From the NCBI RefSeq assembly GCF_000775285.1, contig NZ_JJML01000026.1, positions 56,151-120,150 on the forward strand: DNA of 64,000 nucleotides, read 5' to 3'. The notes beneath the pieces are model-generated. The model did not search any database and was not told the DNA's origin. It saw only the letters and a program-made list of their open reading frames with translations. Shown piece after piece: positions 9,866-20,675 of this stretch; position 1 is the first letter of the stretch, and the number at the start of each line of letters is the position of its first letter. This DNA comes from Neosynechococcus sphagnicola sy1. GTDB lineage: Bacteria > Cyanobacteriota > Cyanobacteriia > Neosynechococcales > Neosynechococcaceae. Both the position numbers and the translations under genes were made by a program.

Positions 9866-10378
9866 GTGGGACCCAGAAAGAGCGATCGCAAATGCTGTGG
9901 TGGCTCAAAACAAGACGGGCGATCGCCAACATCAGGAGTTAAGTCGGCGATCGCCCTGTTGGATTCGATCCAGAAAAAAGTGACCTGCTTACAGCAACTT
10001 CAGACCACCCTGCAACTGGAAACCCTTCGTCCCCTGGTGGGTCGATCCGAACAGGTCTGCCAATTGCCGCCCCACCGTGGGGCCTATGATCTGGCACTGG
10101 TGCGAGCCGTGGGTACGGCATCGGTCTGTGCTGAATATGCCCTGCCCCTGTTGCGAGAGCGGGGGGGTGCCATTCTCTATCGGGGAGACAATGGACGGGG
10201 GAAGATACCACTGCCCTAGCCCCTGTTGTCGAGCAACTGGGTGGTCGAATCACCGCCATTGAGGCCGTCGTCACACCCATCAGCCAGAGCAGTCGTCATT
10301 ACCTGAGCCTAGAGAGGCAACGATCCACCCCCGCCGAATTTCCTCGGGCGGTGGGGATTCCAGCGAAATATCCCCTTT
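9866..10378 (+). pseudogene. rsmG: 16S rRNA (guanine527-N7)-methyltransferase RsmG/GidB-like gene, C-terminal two-thirds only; 5' part degenerate
   Basis: The frame from 9866 reads ..AIALLDSIQKKVTCLQQL...YDLALVRAVGTASVCAEYALPLLRERGGAILYRG, a strong RsmG match. The RsmG C-terminus (..ALAPVVEQLGGRITAIEAVVTPISQSSRHYLSLER...AVGIPAKYPL*) continues to 10378 after a 1-nt deletion in a G5 run (10197-10201). I could not find a recognisable SAM motif I or N-terminal region between the thioesterase start (9563) and 9866. That stretch is AT-rich and has stops in every frame. Confidence 0.45.
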
Positions 10379-10407
10379 AGGGAGGATCTGAATTGGTTGC
10401 TGGCTGC

Positions 10408-10644
10408 CCATCTCGTCATTGATACTGCTAAGGTCTAAGTTGAGCCATAATATTAAGTCATGCAATTGACTCTCAAAAACCTGGCCCGATGCTGAGGAGG
10501 TAAGCATTTATCAACGGTAAAATTTGTGTCTAGGGGCGCAACGTTGTCTTCAATACTGGCCTGAGGTTAATACCCTAGAGTTTTCTTCAACACGCTCTTA
10601 AAAAGATATAACTTTAGCACCGCCGCAAAAGACCAGGATCTCTT
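10408..10644 (+). promoter_or_regulatory. conserved leader, copy 1, upstream of radical SAM paralogue 1
   Basis: It shares blocks with 12462..12701 (ATTGATACTGCTAAGGTCT; CATGCARTTGACNCTCAAAA; CTGAGGAG; TTTATCAA). The 3' block of ~85 nt (CTGGCCTGARGTTRATACCYTAGA...TTCAANACGCTNTTAAAAANATATAACTTTARCA) is about 85% identical. It includes a candidate -35 TTCAAC/TTCAAG and -10 TATAAC. Confidence 0.45.
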
Positions 10645-12231
10645 ATGAACGTTTTACTCCTATATCCGCGCTTTCCCAAAAGCTTTTGGTCTTACGAAAA
10701 AATTCTAGAATTGGTCAATCGAAAAGTTCTGTTACCCCCCTTGGGTCTGGTCACGGTCGCTGCCATTCTGCCCCAAGACTGGGACTTTAAGCTGGTTGAT
10801 TGCAATATTCGTGCGGTGACTGATCTGGAATGGCAGTGGGCCGATCTCGTCATTATGTCCGCCATGATTGTCCAGAAAGACGATATTTTAGAGCAGATTC
10901 AGCTGGCCAAGCAATTTAGCAAACCTGTTGCTGTCGGGGGACCTTATCCAACCTCCATGCCGGAAGATATGGAAGCGGCAGGGGTGGATTATCTCATCTT
11001 GGATGAAGGGGAAATTACCCTACCCCTGTTTGTAGAAGCCTGGAATCGCGGCGATAAAAAAGGACGATTCACTGCCAATGGCGAGAAACCGTCTGTTACC
11101 GATACGCCTATCCCCCGCTATGACCTCCTCAGCCTGCGGGACTATGATTCTATGTCGGTGCAGTTTTCCCGTGGCTGTCCTTTCCAGTGTGAGTTTTGCG
11201 ACATTATTGTTCTTTACGGACGCAAGCCCCGCACCAAAACCCCGGAACAACTGCTGGGTGAATTGGACTATCTCTTCCAGTTGGGCTGGCGGGGCGGTGT
11301 GTTTATGGTAGATGACAACTTTATCGGCAATAAGCGCAACGTCAAACTCTTACTCAAGGAGCTAAAAGAATGGCAAAGATCCCATAAATATCCCTTCCGA
11401 TTCGATACGGAAGCATCATTGGATCTGGCCCAGGATCAAGAATTAATTGATCTGATGCTGGAGTGTAATTTTGCCGCCGTCTTTATGGGCATCGAAACGC
11501 CGGATGAAGACAGTTTACAGTTGACGAAAAAGTTCCAAAATACGCGCACACCGCTGTTGGAGTCCATCGATCGGGTGACGGAATCTGGTCTACGTGTGAT
11601 TGCGGGATTTATTATTGGATTTGACGGCGAAAAAGCAGGGGCAGGACAACGTATTGCCGATTTTGCCGAATTGACCGGCATCCCCACAACCACCTTTGCG
11701 ATGCTGCAAGCCTTACCCCATACTGCCCTCTGGCATCGTCTGGAAAAAGAAGGTCGTTTACACGCTAAAGACGGCAATATCAACCAAACAACGCTGATGA
11801 ATTTTGTTCCCACCCGCCCGGTGGAAGAGATTGCCGGCGAGTATGTTGAGGCATTTTGTCAACTCTATGAACCCTCTCATTACCTTGATCGGGTCTATCG
11901 TTACTTTCTCAAATTGGGAGCACCCCGTGTCAAACCGCCATTCAAATGGCCGGAATGGGTTGTGGTTAAAGCCTTACTAATTGTCTGTTGGCGACAAGGC
12001 ATCCTGCGCAAAACTCGTTGGAAATTCTGGCATCATTTGTTGGACATGGTGCGTCGTAATCCCGCCGTTGTCGAACAATATTTGGCTGTATGCGCCCACA
12101 ATGAACACTTTATGGAGTATCGTCAAATTGTCAGACATGAGATTGAAGAGCAGGTTGCCAAGTTTCTAGAAGGGGAAGCACGGCTCAAGCCTGAAATAGC
12201 AAAGATTGCAGAAGTTGTAGCTGTTTCTTGA
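10645..12231 (+). CDS. B12-binding domain-containing radical SAM protein (class B, DUF4070 C-terminal domain), paralogue 1
   Basis: 528 aa. N-terminal cobalamin-binding Rossmann region (LLPPLGLVTVAAILPQDW). Radical SAM core with CxxxCxxC (SRGCPFQCEFCDI). DUF4070-like C-terminus. Confidence 0.85.
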   Translation: MNVLLLYPRFPKSFWSYEKILELVNRKVLLPPLGLVTVAAILPQDWDFKLVDCNIRAVTDLEWQWADLVIMSAMIVQKDDILEQIQLAKQFSKPVAVGGPYPTSMPEDMEAAGVDYLILDEGEITLPLFVEAWNRGDKKGRFTANGEKPSVTDTPIPRYDLLSLRDYDSMSVQFSRGCPFQCEFCDIIVLYGRKPRTKTPEQLLGELDYLFQLGWRGGVFMVDDNFIGNKRNVKLLLKELKEWQRSHKYPFRFDTEASLDLAQDQELIDLMLECNFAAVFMGIETPDEDSLQLTKKFQNTRTPLLESIDRVTESGLRVIAGFIIGFDGEKAGAGQRIADFAELTGIPTTTFAMLQALPHTALWHRLEKEGRLHAKDGNINQTTLMNFVPTRPVEEIAGEYVEAFCQLYEPSHYLDRVYRYFLKLGAPRVKPPFKWPEWVVVKALLIVCWRQGILRKTRWKFWHHLLDMVRRNPAVVEQYLAVCAHNEHFMEYRQIVRHEIEEQVAKFLEGEARLKPEIAKIAEVVAVS

Positions 12232-12461
12232 ATATTCTTGCCTATAGCGGTTCTCAATTACCTGCGGTAGGTTCTGACTTCAGAATCCAGAAGGGTTGGG
12301 TGATTTTATCCCTCACAAGTTATAGCGTTGGTCAGGCAGATGAGGACATGATTCAGACTGTTAAACGCCAATGCTGGGAAACTGCCTGACACACCAACAC
12401 ACAAAAGTTTGTGGCGATGGCTATAAATTACTTATGCCATATCACCTCCAGTATTGATACT

Positions 12462-12701
12462 GCTAAGGTCTGATTAAGGCATTATGATTGAGCCATGCAG
12501 TTGACGCTCAAAAGTTGGGTCGGGTACTGAGGAGCAAGGGTTTATCAAAATAAATTTCACTTTAGTAGGTCGCTGCGCTGAGAAGGGTGATCTATGGGGC
12601 GATGGATCCTCTTCATATTGGCCTGAAGTTGATACCTTAGATTTTTTCAAGACGCTGTTAAAAACATATAACTTTAACATTTTACAAAAGGGCCAGGATT
12701 A
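12462..12701 (+). promoter_or_regulatory. conserved leader, copy 2, upstream of radical SAM paralogue 2
   Basis: See copy 1. The first two conserved blocks are locally rearranged relative to copy 1. The promoter-proximal block is conserved. Confidence 0.45.
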
Positions 12702-14304
12702 ATGATGAACGTTTTACTTCTATATCCGCGCTTTCCTAAAAGCTTTTGGTCTTTTGAAAAGACGCTGGCTTTGCTGGATCGCAAAGCGATGTTACCACCC
12801 TTGGGGTTGGTGACCGTTGCCGCAATTCTGCCCCAAGACTGGGAATTTAAGTTGGTTGATCGCAATGTGGGTGAAGTCACCCCAGGGGAATGGGAATGGG
12901 CTGATCTGGTGATCCTGTCTGCCATGATTGTGCAAAAAGAAGATTTGCTCCAGCAGATCCAGGAAGCGAAACGGCGAGGCAAGCGTGTTGCGGTGGGGGG
13001 ACCCTATGCTACTGCACTCCCCCATGAAGTCATGGAAGTGGGGGCAGACTATTTAATTCTGGATGAAGGGGAAATTACTTTACCTTTGTTTGTTGCCGCG
13101 ATCGCCCAAGGTGAAGCCTCCGGCATCTTCCGATCCAATGGTGAACGCCCTGACGTTACCACCACTCCGGTTCCTCGGTTTGACCTGCTGGAGTTTGATG
13201 CCTATGCCGAAATGTCCGTGCAATTTTCGCGGGGATGTCCCTTCCAGTGTGAATTCTGCGACATTATTGTGCTGTATGGCCGCAAGCCTCGCACCAAGGC
13301 TCCCAATCAACTGCTGCAAGAACTGAGTCGCCTCTACGAACTGGGGTGGCGACGGAGCAGTTTTTATGGTGGATGACAATTTCATCGGCAATAAGCGCAA
13401 CGTCAAACTGTTTCTCAAGGAATTGCAGCCCTGGATGGTGGCGCACCAGTATCCCTTCTCCTTCGCCACAGAAGCCTCAGTCGATCTAGCCAACGATCAG
13501 GAGCTGATGGATCTGATGGTGCTATGTAATTTTGGGGCTGTGTTTCTAGGGATTGAAACTCCCGACGAAGCGAGTTTAACCCTGACCCAAAAGTTTCAAA
13601 ACACGCGGGATTCCCTCAGTGGCGCCGTGAATGCCATTACCCGATCGGGGTTGCGAGTCATGGCAGGTTTCATCATTGGATTTGATGGTGAGAAACCCGG
13701 TGCTGGGGCAAGAATTGTCCAATTTGTCGAACAAACTGCCATTCCCACCGCACTGTTCAGTATGCTGCAAGCACTTCCAGACACAGCTCTCTGGCATCGC
13801 TTAGCAAGAGAAGGACGACTGCGTAGTAAGTCTGCCAATATTAACCAAACGACCTTAATGAACTTTGTGCCCACCCGTCCCCTGGAAGAGATTGCCTCTG
13901 AGTACGTAGAAGCCTTTGACCAGTTGTACGATCCAAAACGGTTCCTCGATCGCGCCTATCGTCATTTTCGGATTCTTGGAGAAGCCACCTATCCGAAGAA
14001 AGGGAAAGGGGCGAAGAAACCCATCAACTGGGTGACGATCCGGGCGTTACTAACGATCTGCTGGCGTCAGGGTGTCTTGCGCAAAACCCGGTGGCAATTC
14101 TGGTTCAATCTCTGGAGAATGGGGCGCTACAATCCTGGTGGCATCAGTAGCTATCTAGCTGTCTGTGCCCAAATTGAACATTTCTTGGAATATCGCCAAA
14201 TTGTCAGACGTGAGATTGAAGAGCAGGTTGCCCAGTTTCTAGCGGCAGAAGCGCTGACCAAACCGTTAGTCGCAGCAGTTGCAGAGGTCGCAGCTGTTTC
14301 TTGA
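12702..14304 (+). CDS. B12-binding radical SAM protein (DUF4070), paralogue 2; split by a 1-nt insertion in a T5 run (13361-13365)
   Basis: ORFs 12702..13376 and 13366..14304 together align end to end with paralogue 1 at about 70% aa identity. Reading the T5 run as T4 gives ...LGWRRSSFMVDDNFIGN.., colinear with paralogue 1 (LGWRGGVFMVDDNFIGN). Confidence 0.8.
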
Positions 14305-14724
14305 AATCTGAGCACTGGCGTGGGTGACAGGGCTGATGCAAGGGGCATGGAACAGATAGATGCTTGAGGTGTTCACTAGTTCTGCTGGATTGATCAGAGA
14401 TCGCCTTCAGGTGACTTCAAACAAGCAAGGCGCAGCCAATATGGTTGGGTTCAGAAGTGTTGAAGGTTAGCTTCAAGCTCAGAAATTGGGTTGCTTTTGT
14501 AGATCATGTATTTCACTTGAGGTGCCAATCAACCCAGTTAATGCCTCTATTCTCAATAAATAGGGCTTTAAAAGCCCTCCAAAGTCCAAATTGTAAAGTT
14601 TTGCCATCAAGATTCAACACTTCTGGGTTGCGTTGTATTCACGCTTTGCGACATTGACAAGATTCAACTCCGGCTGTGGCAGAATCTAGAGTAAGAGAAG
14701 CTTTATCCTGACTCAGCATTCCCC

Positions 14725-17700
14725 ATGATTGCAACTGCGACGATCCCAACCCTATCAAGTCAGTACGACCCTGCGATCGCCGAAGCGAAGTGGCAGCAAT
14801 TTTGGGAAGACCATCAAGTTTTCAAAGCGGATCCAAATCATCCCGGCGAGCCTTACTGTGTCGTGATTCCGCCCCCAAATGTCACCGGCAGTCTACACAT
14901 GGGGCATGCCTTTGAGAGCGCCCTGATCGATACTCTTGTCCGCTATCACCGCATGATTGGGCGGAATACGCTGTGGTTACCGGGAACTGACCACGCCAGT
15001 ATTGCGGTGAGCACAATTCTAGATAGAGAGTTACAAGCCCAGGGGAAGAGCCGTTCTGACGTGGGTCGCGAAGCGTATCTGAAACGTGCCTGGGAATGGA
15101 AATTAGAATCGGGTGGGACGATTGTCAATCAGTTGCGGCGGTTAGGGGTTTCTGTGGACTGGTCGCGGGAACGGTTCACCCTGGATGAGGGTTTATCAGC
15201 AGCCGTCATCGAAGCCTTCGTGCAGATGCATGAACAGGAGTTGATCTATCGGGGTGAGTATCTGGTTAACTGGTGCCCTGCGAGTCAGTCTGCGGTCTCT
15301 GATCTAGAAGTAGACAATCAAGAAGTCAACGGTCACCTCTGGCACTTTCGTTATCCCTTAACCGATGGCACGGGGTTTGTGGAAGTTGCCACCACCCGCC
15401 CAGAGACCATGCTGGGGGATACTGCCGTGGCGGTCAATCCAGGGGACGATCGCTACCAAGGAATCATTGGCAAAATGGTGCGACTGCCGATCGTGGATCG
15501 CGAGATTCCTATTATTGCCGATGAATACGTGGACTCGACCTTTGGAACTGGTTGTGTCAAGGTCACCCCTGCCCACGATCCCAATGACTTTGAAATGGGG
15601 AAGCGGCATCAGCTGCCCTTCATCAACATCATGAACAAAGATGGCTCCCTGAACGAGCATGCGGGGGAATTTCAGGGACAGGATCGCTTTCTAGCCCGCA
15701 AGCAGGTGGTCGCAAAGTTAAAGGCATTGGATTGTCTGGTCAAAGTCGAAGACTACAAGCACACAGTGCCCTATAGCGATCGCGGCAAGGTGCCAGTGGA
15801 ACCGCTGCTCTCAACCCAGTGGTTTGTCAAAATTGAACCCCTCGCCCAGCAAGCCCTGATCGCTCTTGATCAGCATCAATCTCCTGCCTTTGTACCTGAA
15901 CGGTGGACTAAGGTGTATCGAGATTGGTTGGTGAACTTGAAGGACTGGTGCATTTCCCGCCAACTGTGGTGGGGACACCAAATTCCCGCCTGGTATGTGG
16001 TCAGCCTCACCGAGGGCAAGATTACCGATCAAACCCACTTTTTTGTTGCCCGCACCGAGGCGGAAGCCCGACAGCAGGCCGAAGAGTTATTTGGCCCCGA
16101 TGTACAGTTGATGCAAGATCCCGATGTCCTCGATACCTGGTTTTCATCGGGACTCTGGCCTTTCTCTACCTTAGGCTGGCCCCAGCAAACAGCAGATTTG
16201 AGCCGTTACTATCCCACAACAACACTGGTAACGGGCTTCGATATCATCTTCTTCTGGGTGGCTCGGATGACGATGATGGCAGGACACTTCACGGGAGCAA
16301 TGCCCTTCCAGACGGTCTACATTCATGGACTGGTGCGGGATGAGAACAACAAGAAGATGTCCAAGTCAGCGAATAATGGCATTGATCCACTCTTGCTGAT
16401 GAACAAGTACGGCACCGATGCCCTGCGCTACACCTTAATTCGAGAGGTAGCTGGTGCTGGCCAGGATATCCGCATGGAATATAACCGCAAAACCGATGAA
16501 TCGGCCTCCGTGGAAGCGGCCCGTAACTTCACCAATAAGCTGTGGAATGCCTCCCGTTTTGTGATGCTGAACTTGGATGGTCAAACCCCAGAACAGTTGA
16601 CACTGAAGGATCTCAACAGTTTAGAAATGAGCGATCGCTGGATCCTGTCCCGGTATTACCAAACCGTGGAGCAAACCCGCAATTACCTGGATCATTATGG
16701 TCTCGGGGAAGCCGCCAAAGGACTCTATGAATTCATCTGGGGGGACTTTTGTGACTGGTACATTGAGTTAGTGAAGTCGCGGTTACAGGGGGATGACCCG
16801 ATTTCCCGCCGCACCGCCCAGCAAACCTTAGCCTTGGTGCTGGAAGGAATTCTCAAGCTGCTGCACCCGTTGATGCCCCACATTACGGAAGAAATCTGGC
16901 AAACCCTGACCCAGACAACGGTTCATGAAGAGGGGAATGGGAAGTCAGGGATTATAACCCTGGCGTTGCAACCCTACCCTGAGGCTGACCCCACCCTGAT
17001 TAACCCTGACTTAGAACAACAGTTTGAACTGTTGATCAATACGATTCGCACGATTCGCAATCTCCGGGCGGAGTCTGATATCAAGCCCAGTGTTAAGGTG
17101 CAAACCACCCTGCAAAGCGAAAGCCCACGGGAGCGGCAGATCCTGACGGCAGGAGCTACCTACATTCAAGACTTAGCCAAGGTGGACACCCTAGACATTG
17201 TTGAACCCCCTGCTCAGGTTCTGCCACCGCTTGATCCAGGAGTTGGGGATAGCAGCCCCCGTGCCCCCGTGCCCCCCATCATTGCTGAACCCGTTGCCGA
17301 TCGTAGAGTCGCGGCTCCAGCCCCCCAAGATCACCGTCCGATCTTGCTGATGGGTCTGGTGGTGGTTGCCCTGGTAGTGCTGAAAATGATTCAGTCTTTC
17401 TTGGCGGCTCTGAATACGATGCCCCTCTTGCCGGGGTGTTTTCAACTGGTGGGTCTAGTCTATACCTTGTGGTTCCTAGCCCGTTACGTGGTGCTGGCGA
17501 AATCCCGTCAGGAATTCTCCCAGCTGGTTCAAACCCAAATGGAACCGATTCTGGGACAGCCTCTGCCGGAGGCGATGTTAAAGCTGCGTTCCAGCCTGCA
17601 ACCACCCGTGGCGCTGCCGCTGTCACCCTCTCCGGAGATGGTTCTGAGGGGAGCACAACTCGGGAATCTAGAGAGAGTAGAAATCTTAGAACCTGTAATT

Positions 17701-17976
17701 GCTCCCCAGAAAATTCAAATGGCCGCCGGGGTGGTCGGCACCGTACAAGTATTAATTCCCCTCGCAGGGGTGGTTGATGTTGCGGCCTTGCGAGGGAAAT
17801 TACAAAAAGACCTGAGTAAGGTGGAGGCCGAGATCGCTTCGCTGTCTACTCGGTTGAGTCAACCTAACTTTGTCGATAAGGCCCGCGTTGAAGTTGTGCA
17901 GGGAGCCAAAGATAACCTAACAGAAGCAGAGAAACAGGCCAAAATCTTGCGCGATCGCCTATCAGGGTTAACTTAA
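14725..17976 (+). CDS. valS: valine--tRNA ligase with appended CAAD membrane-anchor insertion
   Basis: 1083 aa. Class I HIGH ([12 protein letters not shown]) and KMSKS motifs. Editing and anticodon-binding domains. C-terminal coiled coil. A ~110-aa insertion with two hydrophobic helices lies before the coiled coil. Confidence 0.95.
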   Translation: MIATATIPTLSSQYDPAIAEAKWQQFWEDHQVFKADPNHPGEPYCVVIPPPNVTGSLHMGHAFESALIDTLVRYHRMIGRNTLWLPGTDHASIAVSTILDRELQAQGKSRSDVGREAYLKRAWEWKLESGGTIVNQLRRLGVSVDWSRERFTLDEGLSAAVIEAFVQMHEQELIYRGEYLVNWCPASQSAVSDLEVDNQEVNGHLWHFRYPLTDGTGFVEVATTRPETMLGDTAVAVNPGDDRYQGIIGKMVRLPIVDREIPIIADEYVDSTFGTGCVKVTPAHDPNDFEMGKRHQLPFINIMNKDGSLNEHAGEFQGQDRFLARKQVVAKLKALDCLVKVEDYKHTVPYSDRGKVPVEPLLSTQWFVKIEPLAQQALIALDQHQSPAFVPERWTKVYRDWLVNLKDWCISRQLWWGHQIPAWYVVSLTEGKITDQTHFFVARTEAEARQQAEELFGPDVQLMQDPDVLDTWFSSGLWPFSTLGWPQQTADLSRYYPTTTLVTGFDIIFFWVARMTMMAGHFTGAMPFQTVYIHGLVRDENNKKMSKSANNGIDPLLLMNKYGTDALRYTLIREVAGAGQDIRMEYNRKTDESASVEAARNFTNKLWNASRFVMLNLDGQTPEQLTLKDLNSLEMSDRWILSRYYQTVEQTRNYLDHYGLGEAAKGLYEFIWGDFCDWYIELVKSRLQGDDPISRRTAQQTLALVLEGILKLLHPLMPHITEEIWQTLTQTTVHEEGNGKSGIITLALQPYPEADPTLINPDLEQQFELLINTIRTIRNLRAESDIKPSVKVQTTLQSESPRERQILTAGATYIQDLAKVDTLDIVEPPAQVLPPLDPGVGDSSPRAPVPPIIAEPVADRRVAAPAPQDHRPILLMGLVVVALVVLKMIQSFLAALNTMPLLPGCFQLVGLVYTLWFLARYVVLAKSRQEFSQLVQTQMEPILGQPLPEAMLKLRSSLQPPVALPLSPSPEMVLRGAQLGNLERVEILEPVIAPQKIQMAAGVVGTVQVLIPLAGVVDVAALRGKLQKDLSKVEAEIASLSTRLSQPNFVDKARVEVVQGAKDNLTEAEKQAKILRDRLSGLT
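17209..17700 (+). other. CAAD-like insertion within valS: two predicted TM helices
   Basis: Residues ~830-990 of ValRS: a Pro-rich linker, then [24 protein letters not shown] and [25 protein letters not shown], followed by the normal C-terminal coiled coil. Canonical ValRS has no such insertion. Confidence 0.6.
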
Positions 17977-19279
17977 CTAAAGTGCACTTGATTGGTTTAT
18001 CCCTGCTGCAATCCAGGGGCAGAATTGGTGCAAGCCCCAAAATAAGCTACCTGCTAGGGCAGCAGCCATAGGAATGGTCAGCAACCAAGCGAGGAGAATT
18101 CCCCTTAACGTCTGTAACCGAATTTCTAGGGGTGATCGTCGCCCCCAACTTCGAATCAACCCAATGCCGACAACTGCACCGACGAGGGCATGGGACGTAG
18201 AAACGGGGAGACCCAGGCGTGAAGCCAACAGCACCGTCGCCGCTGTTGCCAATTCGGCACAAAAACCCGCACTGGGCTGGACGGGGGGTAATCTGTTCGC
18301 CAATGGTGGTAATTACCTGGTGACCCCAGACAGCTAACCCAGCTACGATCCCGGTACCACCCAAGACAAGCATCCACAGGGGGAGATGGAGGTGATCCGT
18401 GGGCACTGCCCCGGTTTGTTGGATTTGGACGATCACAGCCAGGGGGGCAATGGCATTCCCCACATCATTGGAACCATGGGCAAAGGCCACAAAACAGGCA
18501 CTCAGAACTTGAAAGTGAGCCATGATCTGTTCGGTGAGGTTTTGGGGGGAGAGTCCCACTTGGCTGCGGACTTGGGTGAGGCGTTGCCAACTGGAACCCG
18601 TCAACATCACCAGGGCGATCGCCCCCAGCCCCAGCGCCAAGCTATGGGTGGGCAGGACAAGATCTGGGAACAGCCATGTTTGCAGGTTCAGGCTCAGGGA
18701 AGGCAGCACCAAGACACCGAACACACTCAGCAGCAGGGCACTCAGCCAGGGAATCCATTCTTGCAACTGTTGCAGGGGATGGGGTTGATCAAGAATCCAA
18801 AATTGCATTCCCCGATAGCCCAGAGCAGCAAGTCCCCCACTCACCAAAGGTGTCACCATCCAGGTCAAGGCAATACCCTGGAGCGAGTGCCAGTCCACAG
18901 CCTCGACACCCCCAGCCACCCATCCAAACCCGGCGATCGCCCCTACCACTGCATGGGAGGAGGAGACCGGCCAACCAAACCCAGTCGCCACATTGAGCCA
19001 AATGCCACTGGCCAGCAACACTGTCCCCATCCCCAACAGCAATACCTCTGGCATGGCACCGAATGGGGCGGGATCGACCACCTGGATAGCCAGGGTTTCT
19101 GACACCTGCTGGCCGAAGCAGATCGCTCCTGTAAACTCTAAAATCCCCGCAATCACTAGGGCTTGCCTCAAGGTTACAGCCTTGGAACCCACGGATGTTC
19201 CCATGGAATTGGCCACATCATTGGCACCCAGATTCCAGGCCAGGTAAAAGGCCAGCAGACTCACGAGGAGAATCATCAT
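17977..19279 (-). CDS. pit: inorganic phosphate transporter, PiT family; split by a 1-nt indel in a G6 run (18283-18288)
   Basis: ORF 18047..19279 (MMILLVSLLAFYLAWNLGANDVANSMGTSVGSKA.., GSNDVGNAIAPLAVIV) loses the family signature after GEQIT. ORF 17977..18303 supplies the missing C-terminus (SAGFCAELATAATVLLASRLGLPVSTSHALVGAVVGIGL). The two join across the homopolymer. Confidence 0.85.
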
Positions 19280-19345
19280 CTTGAGACAGAACGGCGCGAT
19301 CGCTCGCCGCCTAAACTATATAGAGCCGTTTCAAATCTTCCAAGC

Positions 19346-19707
19346 ATGTCGATTCAAGTTTACGGAATCCCCAACTGCGGTACTTGCAAAAAAGCATTCA
19401 CCTGGCTGAACAATAACGGCGTTGCCTATGAGTTCATTAACACCCAGGAACACCCCCCACCCAAAAACTCATTCAGGGTTGGGTGCAGTCCTTAGGCGCA
19501 AAGCCAATGCGAAACACCTCTGGTCAATCCTACCGAGCCTTGGGCAGCGAAAAAGATAGCTGGACGGACGAGGAGTGGATCGCCGCCTTTGCTCAAGATG
19601 CGATGCTGCTGAAGCGCCCCCTGTTTGTCAAAGATGGGAAGGCAGTGCTGGTGGGGTTTCGGGATGCTGATGATATCATTCGTCAAACCTTGGGTCTAGG
19701 CTCCTAA
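19346..19707 (+). CDS. ArsC/Spx-family thioredoxin-fold protein (YffB-like); split by a 1-nt deletion in a C6 run (19453-19458)
   Basis: MSIQVYGIPNCGTCKKAFTWLNNNGVAYEFINTQEHPP| then ..TQKLIQGWVQSLGAKPMRNTSGQSYRALG...KRPLFVKDGKAVLVGF in the +2 frame. Reading the run as C7 restores a continuous YffB-like protein. Confidence 0.7.
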
Positions 19708-19770
19708 GGATGCGGGGGAGGAATGGGAGTTGCTATCATCGGAGCAATCCTGATTCCTGGCAAAGCTGCA

Positions 19771-20184
19771 ATGCGACTCCTTGGACTCTTGCTCGTGGGT
19801 GCCCTCTTGGCTTGTGTGCCCAAGTTACTCAGCTCAACCAGTCCCCCGGCTGCGGTTTCTAGCAATGGGTTTGTGTCAGCTCCCCTCCCCGATGCCATGG
19901 CAGCCAATCCGCATCAGGTCTTGGTTGTAGGGCCAGATTGTGATAGTCCCGAGGGGGTAAAAACTCGGGAGTTAACCCGTCAACTGATCCAACACAACAT
20001 CCCCGTTCAGCAAGCCAGCAGCGTTGCCTTTGGCTCCGACTCAGGCACGGACTTTGAAGCGATCGACCGTGTCGATCAAGTGATGCAAGCAGGTTCTCCT
20101 ATTGTTTTTGTCAGAGGCAAAGCCAAGGCGAATCCGGGCATTGAAGAAGTAATCGCGGAGTACCACCAACCCTCCTCCAAGTGA
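19771..20184 (+). CDS. hypothetical lipoprotein
   Basis: ORF 19723..20184. Probable start at [15 protein letters not shown], a signal peptide with lipobox. No known domain recognised. Confidence 0.4.
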   Translation: MRLLGLLLVGALLACVPKLLSSTSPPAAVSSNGFVSAPLPDAMAANPHQVLVVGPDCDSPEGVKTRELTRQLIQHNIPVQQASSVAFGSDSGTDFEAIDRVDQVMQAGSPIVFVRGKAKANPGIEEVIAEYHQPSSK

Positions 20185-20258
20185 GAAAATTCCCTGGTAA
20201 TCCGAAAGATTCACCAGAAACTTCTAGACTGGAAATACCTGTTGCTGACGTTCTCCCC

Positions 20259-20651
20259 ATGAGTGACTCCTCGGTACAATCTCGGTCGGTGTCGGAACCA
20301 GAACTCAAGTATGGTGAACGCTTGATTGCCGAAGGCCAACTCACCTTGTTCCCCAATCCCCGACTGGGACGCCGCTATGAGATTGCCATTACCCTGCCGG
20401 AATTCACCTGTAAGTGCCCCTTTTCTGGCTATCCAGACTTTGCCACCATTGCGATTACCTACGTGCCCGATGCCTCGGTTGTGGAGTTGAAGTCGCTAAA
20501 GCTCTACATCAACAGTTATCGCGATCGCTATATTTCCCACGAAGCAGCGGTGAATCAGATCTTGGATGACTTTGTGGCCGCTGCTGATCCCTTGGAGGTT
20601 CGGATCACAGGGGATTTTTACCCCCCGTGGGAATGTGCATACCGTGATTGA
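20259..20651 (+). CDS. queF: NADPH-dependent 7-cyano-7-deazaguanine reductase (preQ0 reductase), type I
   Basis: QueF motifs [17 protein letters not shown] and [11 protein letters not shown]. The start is taken at MSDSSVQ within ORF 20181..20651. Confidence 0.85.
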   Translation: MSDSSVQSRSVSEPELKYGERLIAEGQLTLFPNPRLGRRYEIAITLPEFTCKCPFSGYPDFATIAITYVPDASVVELKSLKLYINSYRDRYISHEAAVNQILDDFVAAADPLEVRITGDFYPPWECAYRD

Positions 20652-20675
20652 CGTTCGCCATCAAAAACAAGCCCC

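Noticed and set aside
10380-10700. Cobalamin riboswitch upstream of the B12-binding radical SAM genes
   Set aside because: I looked for the B12-box (GCCACTG-like) and the characteristic paired regions in both leaders and found none. The conserved blocks do not resemble the riboswitch consensus.
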